The notes below the pieces were generated by a model. That model had not been told where the DNA came from. It saw only the letters and a list, made by a program, of their open reading frames with translations, and ran no database searches. Below are positions 8,754 to 17,796 of a DNA stretch of 39,144 bases, one piece after another; position 1 is the first letter of the stretch, and every line of letters begins with the position of its first letter. Made by a program: the position numbers and the translations under genes. Location: the IMG/VR virus record IMGVR_UViG_2778261089_000004, one strand, 5' to 3'. Source of the DNA: a virus. Its lineage: Duplodnaviria > Heunggongvirae > Uroviricota > Caudoviricetes.

Positions 8754-9904
8754 TTTTTCTTCTCCTTAATCACCGTCGATGTACTGCCATCCGGGTGATA
8801 AACCGTGAGTTTCTGAGTTTTTTGTTTTTTCCCTCTTGTGACTGGCCCCCGTGCCACTTCCAGCTCTGTGGTGTAGCCGCTGTTACGCTCAAACGCATGG
8901 CGGGCAGTGATTATCAGCCATGGACCGGATAACTGTCCAAAGCCCACCAGTTCAATTTTGTTGCCTGCTGTCAGTTGAGGCGTTCCCGTCAGCGTCAGGG
9001 AGCCGTTCTGCTGGTATTCGTTATGTCTGGCCAGTGCTGAATCCGCTTTAATCCGGGCACTGTCCGGGTCGCTGACGCGGCTGTTAACTTTAAGTGAGTC
9101 AGCGCTGGTAACCTTACCACCTTTGAGCTTTTTGTCGCTTTCACGGGTACCACCATCAGCTTCGTAGACGATCAGTTTTTTACTGCTGCTTTTCTGGTGT
9201 TTTACCTTTGCAGATTTATAGACCCGGTTGATGGTGTCACGCAGGGAAAAGCGGGCCACATCCTGCGGTTTTAACTGCCTGACCGGCTCCTGACTGCGCA
9301 GTGTGGCCAGATGAGAAAAAATCAGCTGGTCACTGACCACTTTCACTGCATAACCATACTCGCTGGCCAGCCGGCGCAGAAAACCCACGTCGGTTTCAGC
9401 ATACTGGGTCACCCGGTCGATTCTGATGGACTCAATGCTGCCCACCAGTTTCAGCCGGTGCTTTCTGGCAATCCGCCCCGCAACAGCCGCCAGCGTGGTG
9501 TTCTCAAAACCACGGCTGGATTTAGTCCGCAGAGCACTGTTAACCGAGGTGGCCACCCCACGGATAGCGACAACGGACGCGGGCGAACTCACTTCGATCT
9601 CGTCTATTGAGAATGTACCGCAGGACAGCAGTTTCTCGCCCTGATAACCCATTTTCAGCGTCAGCGTGTCACCCTTGCCCGGATACCACTTATCCAGCCA
9701 GCGGCCATCGGTGTCGTCCAGCTCCACCTCAATGGTATCGGACTCATTTTTGATGTTATCGCTCCAGACCACACGGGTGACATAAGGCGCGATATCAGAG
9801 GTGATGTTTTTCTGCAGATACCACAGCGTGAACACCGGTGTCAGCACATCGCTGACGACGGTTAACGCTGATGCGGCCTGTGCAGTGCTGTTTATCTCAG
9901 CCAT
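8750..9904 (-). CDS. P2 gpD-like / Mu P-like tail or baseplate hub protein
   Basis: 384 aa, size and position match late control D family. Confidence 0.65.
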   Translation of the reverse strand: MAEINSTAQAASALTVVSDVLTPVFTLWYLQKNITSDIAPYVTRVVWSDNIKNESDTIEVELDDTDGRWLDKWYPGKGDTLTLKMGYQGEKLLSCGTFSIDEIEVSSPASVVAIRGVATSVNSALRTKSSRGFENTTLAAVAGRIARKHRLKLVGSIESIRIDRVTQYAETDVGFLRRLASEYGYAVKVVSDQLIFSHLATLRSQEPVRQLKPQDVARFSLRDTINRVYKSAKVKHQKSSSKKLIVYEADGGTRESDKKLKGGKVTSADSLKVNSRVSDPDSARIKADSALARHNEYQQNGSLTLTGTPQLTAGNKIELVGFGQLSGPWLIITARHAFERNSGYTTELEVARGPVTRGKKQKTQKLTVYHPDGSTSTVIKEKKK

Positions 9905-10107
9905 GGGGCAATATCCTCTTCTGTATGGGCATCTTCAGCCTCAATAACCGGGATCAGTAACAACAACCCGGAGGGCAGCACCGGCGTAATGGCCACGTGC
10001 GGATTGGCTGCAATAATCCGGGGATAGCCCAGCGGGTCACCGTAGTACTGCCATGCCAGCGAATCCCAGCGCTCTCCGTCACGGGTAATATGTTCAAGAA
10101 ACATCAC
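9892..10107 (-). CDS. small tail protein, P2 gpX-like
   Basis: 71 aa ORF between U-like and D-like genes; weak sequence support. Confidence 0.45.
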   Translation of the reverse strand: MMFLEHITRDGERWDSLAWQYYGDPLGYPRIIAANPHVAITPVLPSGLLLLIPVIEAEDAHTEEDIAPWLR

Positions 10108-10988
10108 ACACTCCTCGTCAGTATTCTGGCGGCCATTGCACTTAATCCCGGAGACATGCGGTTGAATGCTGTGCCGGCGGCGTTAAGCTGCCCGGAAACG
10201 GTATCCAGAGCACCTGCAATATTTCTTTTGTCCACACCACTCAGCGCCGACTGCGCCTGCTGTACATACGTGGCTGCCTCACTGGCTGTTCTGGCCAGAC
10301 TGATGGCATCGGGCATGGATTCAGAAAGTGCATTAAACGCCGGAACACTTTTCCCCAGAGCCCCGGATATATTACCCAGTCCGCTCATCAGTCCCGGCAC
10401 ACGGGTCAGCGCGACAACAGGGTTACCCTTCATTTTCTGCGCCACCCGAACGGCACTGATAGTGGTCTGTAGTACAGACTGCGCCTGTTTCGCATAGTTG
10501 ACGCCGTTACGGACGAACTGAGCCACCCCGGAAGGCGATGGAACAGCACCAGATATGGCCCCGGCACCGGGAACCTGCCTGCGTATTGCCGGCGGTTGCA
10601 GAGGATTTTTCGGGTCACCGGTGTATTCCCGGAGAGACACGGTGGCACTGACAGCCAGCACGTTACCGGTGCTGTCTGTCTGCTCGCTGGTTGCGGTCAC
10701 ATCGGTAATCACGAACCAGCCGCGATAGTCACCGTTGCCGAAGACCAGCGCCAGTGCCTGATGGGCCTTCATGGCTGTTCGCACTCTCGCCAGCTCCACG
10801 TCGGGCACACAATAATGCTGATGGAAGACCAGGCTTATCTGGATTTCGTCCAGCCTGTCGCCGACGAACTGCAGGCCGGGTTTACCCTCGATGCGGGCAT
10901 GCTCCGCATAATCGACGCCAAACGTGGCCTCGAAGCCGTCCCAGTAGGTAATCAGTTCAAACTCAATATCACCCAGTACGGCAAACAT
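10104..10988 (-). CDS. tail protein with gpU-like N-terminal domain (Mu N-like position)
   Basis: 294 aa; N-terminal GDYRGWFVITDV-type motif; Ala/Ser/Gly-rich C-terminal extension. Confidence 0.55.
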   Translation of the reverse strand: MFAVLGDIEFELITYWDGFEATFGVDYAEHARIEGKPGLQFVGDRLDEIQISLVFHQHYCVPDVELARVRTAMKAHQALALVFGNGDYRGWFVITDVTATSEQTDSTGNVLAVSATVSLREYTGDPKNPLQPPAIRRQVPGAGAISGAVPSPSGVAQFVRNGVNYAKQAQSVLQTTISAVRVAQKMKGNPVVALTRVPGLMSGLGNISGALGKSVPAFNALSESMPDAISLARTASEAATYVQQAQSALSGVDKRNIAGALDTVSGQLNAAGTAFNRMSPGLSAMAARILTRSV

Positions 10989-13453
10989 CAGCTGTACTCC
11001 TTACGTTGTTTCTGAGCCAGCAGACGCTCCAGCATTTTTTCCAGCTCATGCAGGCTCATATTCAGGGCACCAGCCAGCCCGGCAGGCGCTGCGGTTTCCT
11101 TACCATTGAGGAAAAACTGAGGATTAAAGCTGACCTGGATACCGCCAGACGCTCCACCGCCGGTTGCCGTTGCGCCACGGCCTGAATATCCGGCAGCCAT
11201 GATTTCCGGCGACGGGATACGGGGAACATCCGGTGTCATTTCAGCGGCCAGGCGCTGCCCGGCCAGTGCAGCAAGCGGAGTGGTTCGTTGCAGGCCAATG
11301 GCGGCACCCTGCGCGATATTGTCACCAAAGCCTATAAACACGCGACTCGGTGAATGGATGCCCAGCTTTTCGCTGAACCAGTCACTGATGCTGTCACCCA
11401 TTCCGGTTATGCTGGTTTTCAGTGACGCCCATTTGTTTCTGATGCCATTTATCAGCCCGTCAATAAGATGACCACCGAAGTCGGTGAATTTCGCCGGCAA
11501 ATCAACGCCGAGATATTTCAGCGCAGCCGCAAAGGCTTTATAAAGCAGACCTGCCGGAGACCAGTTAACCAGCAGTTTACCAGTTCCCGCGATACCGCCG
11601 TTAAAGGCTTCCTGAATGTCAGCCCAGCGCTGTTTAAACCAGCTACTGACCGCGCCCCAGTTGCGGTAGATAAGGTAAGCTGCTGCCGCGACGGCGGTGA
11701 TAGCGAGACCGATGGGATTCATCATCAGCGCCCGGCCAATCCAGAGAACGGCACGCCCGGCGCTCATAATTCCGCGAACCAGCCCCCCTGAGAGCACACC
11801 ACCCAGTGTTCTGGCTCCTCTGGCGACAGCACCAAAGCCTGTCACCAGCCAGCGGAGTTTACCGCCTTCCCCCAGTGCGAGCGTCAGACGAAGCCAGTTG
11901 GCCCGAAGTAAAACAGCATTTTTCCAGACGCTTACAAAGGGGGAAAGAAGGAGATTCAGCCCAAGCTTGAGACCGATAGTGGCCATCCTGAAAGCGAGTA
12001 ATGCGCCCACAACCTTTATGGTGCTGCTGACGAGCTGCGGATTTGCCGCTATCCATTTGCCAACACTGTCCATTAAAGGAATAAATGTTTCACCCAACTG
12101 GAGCAAAGCCGGACGCAAGGATTGCCCGATGCTGATAGCAGAATCATTAAAGCCGATCTGCATTCTGCGCCAGCGGCCTTCAAGCGTATCATTCTGCTTT
12201 GCAGCATCCTTATCCAGGGTAGAAATTGCAGCCGGAGCATTCATTTCCTGCTTACTGGAAAGGTATTTATCCCAGCCCTGTCGCATTGACAGTAAATGGT
12301 TGACAGTCTGAATATCGGTAAAGACCTCAGCCAGACCAAATGACTCCATGAGTTTCTGCTGACCTTCCTGATCGCCTCTTGCTCCTGCAGCTTTCCATTG
12401 CTGCAAGAACGCTTTGCCTTTACTGTCGATAAAACGGTTGGCAATCATCAGTGAAGCTTCGTACTGCGAAAAACCCTGAGCGACGTAATTCTGCATTGAC
12501 CCCTGGTAATCCACCCCGGCTTTAGCATATTTCTGGATGGTATCTCCGCGGCCCATTGCTGCCAGCCAGTTGGACATATTGGTGACCGCTTCCTCTGCAG
12601 AGCCACTACCTTTACCGACCTCCAGACTGGCAACAATCTGGGTAATCGCATCTTTTCCATAAATACCACGAGCAGCGAAGGCTTTAGCCATACCGGGTAA
12701 TGCTTTTGCCATATCCTTCAGCTCAAATGACCCAAGTTTGGCTCCTGTTGCCGCAATACCAAACGCCTGTTCAAGTTCTTTCGCATCAGTGATTCTGAGT
12801 GCATCGCTGAAGGCATAAGTCATTTTGGCAAGGTCGGTCATATCGGCTTTGGTTGCTGTAGCGGTCTTTCCAAGCATCTCTGCAAACGTTGCTGCCCGTT
12901 CGGGGGCCATACCATCAGCAACTAATTGTCCGACTCCCCCTAACAGAGACTCCTGCAGTTGGTTAACCTTCAGCGAGGCCTGTCTGATAGCCTGGCCAAT
13001 TGCACGTTCCTGTTTTGCATCCAGGTCTCCTGTGACACTGATATCCCGCAACTGTGATTCAAACGAGGCATATTGTTTAACCGAGGCCATGACCGGTGCG
13101 CCCAGCGTTCTGCCAATAGCATAGGTTTCTGCACCCTGACCATAGAGCGCCAGGCGGTTAGCCTTCAACGCATCACCGATGGCTGATACTGCTGACAGAC
13201 GGCGCTGCTGACGTTCAATTTGCTCCATGGTGCGGCTTACCCGCAGCAACTCGCTGTTGAGATGCAGCATCCGGGAAGAACCCAACTGACCATAACGTTC
13301 TGTTGCCCGGGTTAAGGCATTCTGGCGTTCCTGCAGACGGCGGGAGGTATCACCAAGGGAATCAAGGGCGCGTCGGGTGCCACTGACGGCTGAGCGGAAG
13401 CTGCTCCCGACAATGCCGCCAATAATGACGCCGACTGAAAATTCACTGGCCAC
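10988..13453 (-). CDS. tail tape measure protein
   Basis: 821 aa, alpha-helical Ala/Gly-rich, Gly-rich C-terminal tract; GTG start with RBS AGAGGA; position after the chaperone pair. Confidence 0.85.
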   Translation of the reverse strand: MASEFSVGVIIGGIVGSSFRSAVSGTRRALDSLGDTSRRLQERQNALTRATERYGQLGSSRMLHLNSELLRVSRTMEQIERQQRRLSAVSAIGDALKANRLALYGQGAETYAIGRTLGAPVMASVKQYASFESQLRDISVTGDLDAKQERAIGQAIRQASLKVNQLQESLLGGVGQLVADGMAPERAATFAEMLGKTATATKADMTDLAKMTYAFSDALRITDAKELEQAFGIAATGAKLGSFELKDMAKALPGMAKAFAARGIYGKDAITQIVASLEVGKGSGSAEEAVTNMSNWLAAMGRGDTIQKYAKAGVDYQGSMQNYVAQGFSQYEASLMIANRFIDSKGKAFLQQWKAAGARGDQEGQQKLMESFGLAEVFTDIQTVNHLLSMRQGWDKYLSSKQEMNAPAAISTLDKDAAKQNDTLEGRWRRMQIGFNDSAISIGQSLRPALLQLGETFIPLMDSVGKWIAANPQLVSSTIKVVGALLAFRMATIGLKLGLNLLLSPFVSVWKNAVLLRANWLRLTLALGEGGKLRWLVTGFGAVARGARTLGGVLSGGLVRGIMSAGRAVLWIGRALMMNPIGLAITAVAAAAYLIYRNWGAVSSWFKQRWADIQEAFNGGIAGTGKLLVNWSPAGLLYKAFAAALKYLGVDLPAKFTDFGGHLIDGLINGIRNKWASLKTSITGMGDSISDWFSEKLGIHSPSRVFIGFGDNIAQGAAIGLQRTTPLAALAGQRLAAEMTPDVPRIPSPEIMAAGYSGRGATATGGGASGGIQVSFNPQFFLNGKETAAPAGLAGALNMSLHELEKMLERLLAQKQRKEYS

Positions 13454-13546
13454 GGTGGCTATCCTCTGAAAGCAAAAAAAACGGAAGGGAAGTGTCTGAA
13501 ACCCATGCAGAACAGCCGCGACTGGCGGCTGTTAAGTGATACGTTG

Positions 13547-13804
13547 TTACTGATTGTCGCCGAACTCGCTTTTGATTTGCTCTTCAGCCTGCTCCAGCCA
13601 CATCTCCAGATCGTCAGTATCGAGGGCATCAATCTCCCCCGGCTGAAACCTGAACCATCTCGCCAGCAGGCCCTGCGCCTGCATCAGTGTTTTTGTCGCT
13701 CTTGCCCAGCCCAGTGATTTTCTGAAATCGTTTCTGCAGCTCCATATAGTCGGCAAGATCCATGTTATCGAGGTCTTCCGGGAGGATACCGGTGCTACGG
13801 GCAA
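13547..13804 (-). CDS. frameshift-extension reading frame of the tail assembly chaperone (E-prime / GT analogue)
   Basis: Overlaps the 3-prime part of the chaperone gene in another frame and ends 93 bp before the tape measure start; no own RBS. Requires programmed frameshift; not proven. Confidence 0.5.
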   Translation of the reverse strand: MPVAPVSSRKTSITWILPTIWSCRNDFRKSLGWARATKTLMQAQGLLARWFRFQPGEIDALDTDDLEMWLEQAEEQIKSEFGDNQ

Positions 13805-13964
13805 TCAGTGGTTCGTCCCAGTCTGCCGGGTCTTTGTTGATTTTGCGCACCTGCTTCAGGTCTTTTACTGTCAGGCGTTTCAGTTCAATCTGTTCAATTC
13901 TGGTACCTGCAGCAGTGGTGAAAGGATAAGACAGCGTAAAAGTATCTGGCTGGGTCTGTGACAT
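13629..13964 (-). CDS. tail assembly chaperone (gpE / lambda G analogue)
   Basis: 111 aa; motifs LTVKDLKQV and EDLDNMDLADYMEL; RBS AGGAG before ATG; followed by overlapping out-of-frame ORF. Confidence 0.7.
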   Translation of the reverse strand: MSQTQPDTFTLSYPFTTAAGTRIEQIELKRLTVKDLKQVRKINKDPADWDEPLIARSTGILPEDLDNMDLADYMELQKRFQKITGLGKSDKNTDAGAGPAGEMVQVSAGGD

Positions 13965-14040
13965 GATCGTGCTCCTGTGTAAGTTCAGGGCAGTATGTCT
14001 GGCGGTGGACGTAACGGATATTAAAGGAGATTAAGAAGAA

Positions 14041-14056
14041 AGGGGCCGGAGCCCCT
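14041..14056 (-). terminator. intrinsic terminator-like hairpin inside the tail operon
   Basis: 6-bp GC stem aggggc / gcccct with tetraloop, 6 nt after the stop of the small ORF, followed on the minus strand by U-rich UUCUUCUUAAUCUCC. Confidence 0.45.
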
Positions 14057-14062
14057 GTGATA

Positions 14063-14344
14063 TCAGCAAGTGCGAAACCCCTTGCAGTTACGCAGGAAAG
14101 CGATGAGAAGCGCCTTTCCCTCAGATTTGCCGGTGCCGGAGAACCAGTGGTCGGGCGGCTCCCATGCTTCAATCAAATCGGCCAGTTTGCGGGCCTTTGA
14201 ACGTGTGCAGTCAATCGGGTCATTGGTTTTACGGGTATTAAAAAGGTTTTCCACCCCCGGAATATCGAGAAGGGTAAACCACGTACCGTTCGACATGCCC
14301 AGTGCTGCACATCGACCTCCTTTATCAGTCAGTTCAACACTCAC
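14063..14344 (-). CDS. small hypothetical protein (93 aa, or 77 aa from internal ATG) between tail tube and chaperone genes
   Basis: ORF begins 2 nt after tube stop (GTG) and is followed by a GC hairpin; no family recognised. Confidence 0.4.
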   Translation of the reverse strand: MSVELTDKGGRCAALGMSNGTWFTLLDIPGVENLFNTRKTNDPIDCTRSKARKLADLIEAWEPPDHWFSGTGKSEGKALLIAFLRNCKGFRTC

Positions 14345-14346
14345 TG

Positions 14347-14871
14347 TCAGCCCCCGATATTGATGCGGTAGTCGGTCAGTTGATCAACGCCACCGACGCG
14401 GAAGATGTTGGCCAGATAGTCCAGCTCCAGCAGCTCTTCACCATCCAGTACCTGTTTTATATACGTGCAGGTGAAGCTACTGGAGAACTCGGCGTTCTCG
14501 TGCTGTTTGAACGTTCCCATCGGGTTCTTCTTGAACATAATTGTCAGGAAGGTGACCAGCGGGATTTCGTCAATCAGCCCCTGCGAGCTGTAGCGCTGGA
14601 CGCTGGAACGACACTGCAGTGCCAGCGACTTATACGGGTTCGCGGCAGACAGCATCGCATCGCGGTAAAAGCTGTTCCATTTGATTTCGCCTTCCAGTTT
14701 GTCGAAGCCAGCCGGGAGCTCCACCTTACCCACCATTCCCAGCGCTTTATGTTCCTGCATAATCATGGAGACATCGGGGAGTTTAACCTCCTCAGCCCGT
14801 CCCAGCAGGTTTACACCATCCAGATAGATGTTGGCATTCGTGATCCGGTTTATCTCAATCTTTGACATCAA
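14347..14871 (-). CDS. tail tube protein (Mu M / P2 FII-like)
   Basis: 174 aa, directly downstream of sheath gene with 4-nt overlap. Confidence 0.8.
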   Translation of the reverse strand: MMSKIEINRITNANIYLDGVNLLGRAEEVKLPDVSMIMQEHKALGMVGKVELPAGFDKLEGEIKWNSFYRDAMLSAANPYKSLALQCRSSVQRYSSQGLIDEIPLVTFLTIMFKKNPMGTFKQHENAEFSSSFTCTYIKQVLDGEELLELDYLANIFRVGGVDQLTDYRINIGG

Positions 14872-16295
14872 CTGGTCCCCTTCAGGGTTAACAGATATTC
14901 CGAGGTGATTTCAGTCTCAAACGTCAGTCGCTCCAGCGGCGGTGGTGGCGTGTATTTGTAGCTCAGCAACAGGTGCCCGGCGGCCAGCTCCGTCTCCGGA
15001 TTGCGGGCCGGATCAAACCAGCAACGGAAGCCCAGTACCGCACCATCACCAGTCATTTTGCGACCGTAAGCGTTGACTGACTCCGTCAGTGCATCAATCA
15101 GCGCCTGAGTAATCGGCATGTCGATGTACTGCTGGCTGAAGTAACGAATGGACTCATTGATCACATCACCGGTGCGGCGAACGTTCTCAAAGTTACGCAT
15201 ATGGGTGACCGTTGGCCATGCTGCCATCCGGTTACCCCACAGACGAAGGCCGCTACCGTAACTGCTGAATACCGTGGTGATCCCCTGTTCGTTAAGCAGG
15301 TTAACCTCGCTCTGCGGATCGTCAATCATTGCCGACAGCTGGCGCTCCACGCCGGTGATCCCCAGAATTTCCTGATTGGAGGATGACCACCAGTACCCTT
15401 TGTCCAGGTCGACTTTGGCACGCAGGCCCGCCGCACGCTGGCTCAGTGGCTCCAGACGCTCCGTGTTCGTCACCGGGTCATATACCTTCACATGCGGGTA
15501 GCACAGGCGGACACGGTCAGAGCTGGTATTAAAGTTAATGGTGCCTTCCGGGCCACGTCCCGCCAGAGCCTGCGCAAAAGTGGTACCAACCGGCGCATCA
15601 ATATAGGTTACTGCTCCCAGTTTCTCAGCCATGGCGATAAGCTCAACCGAGACGCTGTTCTGGGTGCAGAATACCGGAGCAATCAGGATTTTGGCGAAGT
15701 AGCCAAACAGGTTAAAACTGTCGTTAAGCAGCTTCATGCCGGTACGGTTGCCTGCAGCGTTAACGGTACCGATGATATCAGCCGGGGTGACTTTGGTCGG
15801 ATCAGCATAGTTATAGCTGGCCTTCACCGTTGCATCTGCAGCAATGCTTTTGCCCAGGTTAGTAATCACCCCGGTCTGTGCATCAAGCAAGTAGTCCTGA
15901 CCTTCAACATAAGGCTGACCGTCGCTGTCCGGTTTCAGTACCAGCTGCGCGACCACCGGATTAGCCAGCCGGGCTCTGCCTGTCGCCTTGTCGAACGACA
16001 CATTCTCACTGACCACAGCGGTTTTATGCACAGACGGATCGAGTACGTTAATGACCAGAACGGTGCCTGCACCATGGTCATAAATCGCATCCAGCGCCTG
16101 CGGAATGGTAAAGCCGGTGAACTGGCTGCCAAATGCCGCTGCGTCTTTCTCAGACAGGCACTGTACCAGCGTATTGACATCCCCCATCGGGGCGGTACCA
16201 ATCAGGCCAATAACGGCAGATTTCACCGTTTTAACCGGGCGGGCTCCGTTTTCCACCTCAATGGTTTCGACGCCATGCAGATAGTTAGCTGCCAT
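14868..16295 (-). CDS. contractile tail sheath protein (Mu L / P2 FI-like)
   Basis: 475 aa; RBS GGAGG 7 nt upstream of ATG at 16295. Confidence 0.9.
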   Translation of the reverse strand: MAANYLHGVETIEVENGARPVKTVKSAVIGLIGTAPMGDVNTLVQCLSEKDAAAFGSQFTGFTIPQALDAIYDHGAGTVLVINVLDPSVHKTAVVSENVSFDKATGRARLANPVVAQLVLKPDSDGQPYVEGQDYLLDAQTGVITNLGKSIAADATVKASYNYADPTKVTPADIIGTVNAAGNRTGMKLLNDSFNLFGYFAKILIAPVFCTQNSVSVELIAMAEKLGAVTYIDAPVGTTFAQALAGRGPEGTINFNTSSDRVRLCYPHVKVYDPVTNTERLEPLSQRAAGLRAKVDLDKGYWWSSSNQEILGITGVERQLSAMIDDPQSEVNLLNEQGITTVFSSYGSGLRLWGNRMAAWPTVTHMRNFENVRRTGDVINESIRYFSQQYIDMPITQALIDALTESVNAYGRKMTGDGAVLGFRCWFDPARNPETELAAGHLLLSYKYTPPPPLERLTFETEITSEYLLTLKGTS

Positions 16296-16539
16296 GGGAG
16301 TCCTCCGTTTTCACTTCGCTGTCACTGCTGCTTCTGCGCTTTGGTGACTGCACAGCCGGTGTGACGGCGGGTTTAGTATCTTCTGGTACCGGCGTCAGAT
16401 GCTTCAGCGCCACCAGTACCTTCACGTAGTCATGCTCCTCCGGCAGGGAAACCGTCTTCCCCGGCCAGAGCAGGATTTCGGTTCCGTCCGACAGCGTGAC
16501 GCCGCTGGCCGGGCCGGAATAGCGGTATGCTTTCATCAC
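16285..16539 (-). CDS. small protein, Mu gp38-like position
   Basis: 84 aa ORF between gp37-like gene and sheath. Confidence 0.5.
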   Translation of the reverse strand: MMKAYRYSGPASGVTLSDGTEILLWPGKTVSLPEEHDYVKVLVALKHLTPVPEDTKPAVTPAVQSPKRRSSSDSEVKTEDSHGS

Positions 16540-17000
16540 TCGCTTTCCTCATAGTTCACTTCGGTTAACAGCGGGCCGGACGGTAAATCGCTGTCTTCGA
16601 TAAAGACGCTTTCAGTCGCGAAGTCGAGGGCGTACTGCCACAGCCCCCTGACTTCACCGATAAACACCTCGCGGGTCAGCCAGATACGGCGGCGGCACCC
16701 GGGCGGGGTGTGGCCACCGAGAATGCGGCGGACAGCATCCAGGACATTAATCGCCCCTTTTTTACCGTTGAGCTGGCGGAAGACCACCGTGACGCAGAGC
16801 TGGATGGTCTGAGGCTGGATCACCGCACCGGTATCATCCGGCCTGTCAAAGCGCGAACCAGCATAGCTCAGCAGCAACGCGCCGACAGAATGATTGAGGC
16901 GATATTCGGACGGCTTTTCCGGGAAGTACTCCACCTGCAGTTGAGGCAGCTTCTCGCGCAACCGGGTCAGCACCGCATCAAGGACGGGCAGAACGTTCAT
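16536..17000 (-). CDS. Mu gp37-like virion protein
   Basis: 154 aa; position in head-tail joining region. Confidence 0.55.
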   Translation of the reverse strand: MNVLPVLDAVLTRLREKLPQLQVEYFPEKPSEYRLNHSVGALLLSYAGSRFDRPDDTGAVIQPQTIQLCVTVVFRQLNGKKGAINVLDAVRRILGGHTPPGCRRRIWLTREVFIGEVRGLWQYALDFATESVFIEDSDLPSGPLLTEVNYEESE

Positions 17001-17446
17001 CAGTATTTCTCCAGTAAGCCGTCACGACCGCCGAAAGTGGCCGGGCGGCTGCGTACACGAAACTCGCCAGGCTCAGGCACATCTTTCTGAGTGGACGGCA
17101 GCCCCAGCGTGAGCCTGTTATCACGTAACTCCTTCAGTTGCCGCAGCGCTTCTTTGTGGTCATCCTTCACTGTATCCGGGAGGTCACCTTCCGGGCGGCG
17201 GGCGTAGAGCCGGTAACGGACCAGCGTGATGGCAATGTCCCGCAGAACGGTCGGTATCTCCGCCAGCGGCAGGATATAGCGTCCGCGCAGATGGGCATCA
17301 ATCAGCTCGTCGGCATAGCGGATACAGCTCTCCACCACTCTGGTATTCACTGCCGCAGGCGAGTCGAAGTCGATCTCTTCACTGGTGAGCTCGATCAGCG
17401 TTCGTTCCGGCACCTGCTCAAGCAAATCCTCCAGGGTGCAGTACAT
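17000..17446 (-). CDS. Mu gp36-like protein (putative head-tail connector component)
   Basis: Likely start at internal Met MYCTLEDLLEQ (17446), abutting the upstream stop at 17448; track ORF extends to 17557. Confidence 0.55.
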   Translation of the reverse strand: MYCTLEDLLEQVPERTLIELTSEEIDFDSPAAVNTRVVESCIRYADELIDAHLRGRYILPLAEIPTVLRDIAITLVRYRLYARRPEGDLPDTVKDDHKEALRQLKELRDNRLTLGLPSTQKDVPEPGEFRVRSRPATFGGRDGLLEKY

Positions 17447-17447
17447 G

Positions 17448-17786
17448 TCACACCCCTCGCAGGATACGAATGACATCACCTTCTGCTGTGGCTTCATCCA
17501 GTGCAATACCACAGGATTTACCGTCGCCGCTCTGAGGTACTGCTCTGGCACTGGCATCAGACTGTACAGCTACCCCACGGCTGACAGCGGCCCCGGCCTC
17601 GATGGCAATAATGCCCAGAACGCTCACCGGCGTGCTGTCGCCGGTAACAGCATCCACTTCGGCAACCCCGAGCGCTGCGGCACCGGCCTGACAGGGGGTA
17701 TTATCTGCCCCGACAAAACGCTGCTGTGTCAGTGGTGCCCCTGCCGTTATGGTCGTGGTCAGAATGACCTGCTGAGTGGTTCCCAT
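17448..17786 (-). CDS. hypothetical head protein, Ala/Gly/Val-rich (Mu gp35 position)
   Basis: Probable start MGTTQQVIL at 17786, just downstream of major capsid gene. Confidence 0.5.
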   Translation of the reverse strand: MGTTQQVILTTTITAGAPLTQQRFVGADNTPCQAGAAALGVAEVDAVTGDSTPVSVLGIIAIEAGAAVSRGVAVQSDASARAVPQSGDGKSCGIALDEATAEGDVIRILRGV

Positions 17787-17796
17787 AACGCCCTCC

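Noticed and set aside
13515-13533. Hairpin cagccgc-gactg-gcggctg between chaperone extension frame and tape measure gene
   Set aside because: Short stem with distant, interrupted U-tract; more likely local mRNA structure near the tape measure RBS than a terminator, so not listed as a feature.
15492-16364. 290-aa plus-strand ORF
   Set aside because: Antisense to the tail sheath gene, which has a strong RBS and clear identity; composition looks like non-coding reverse frame.
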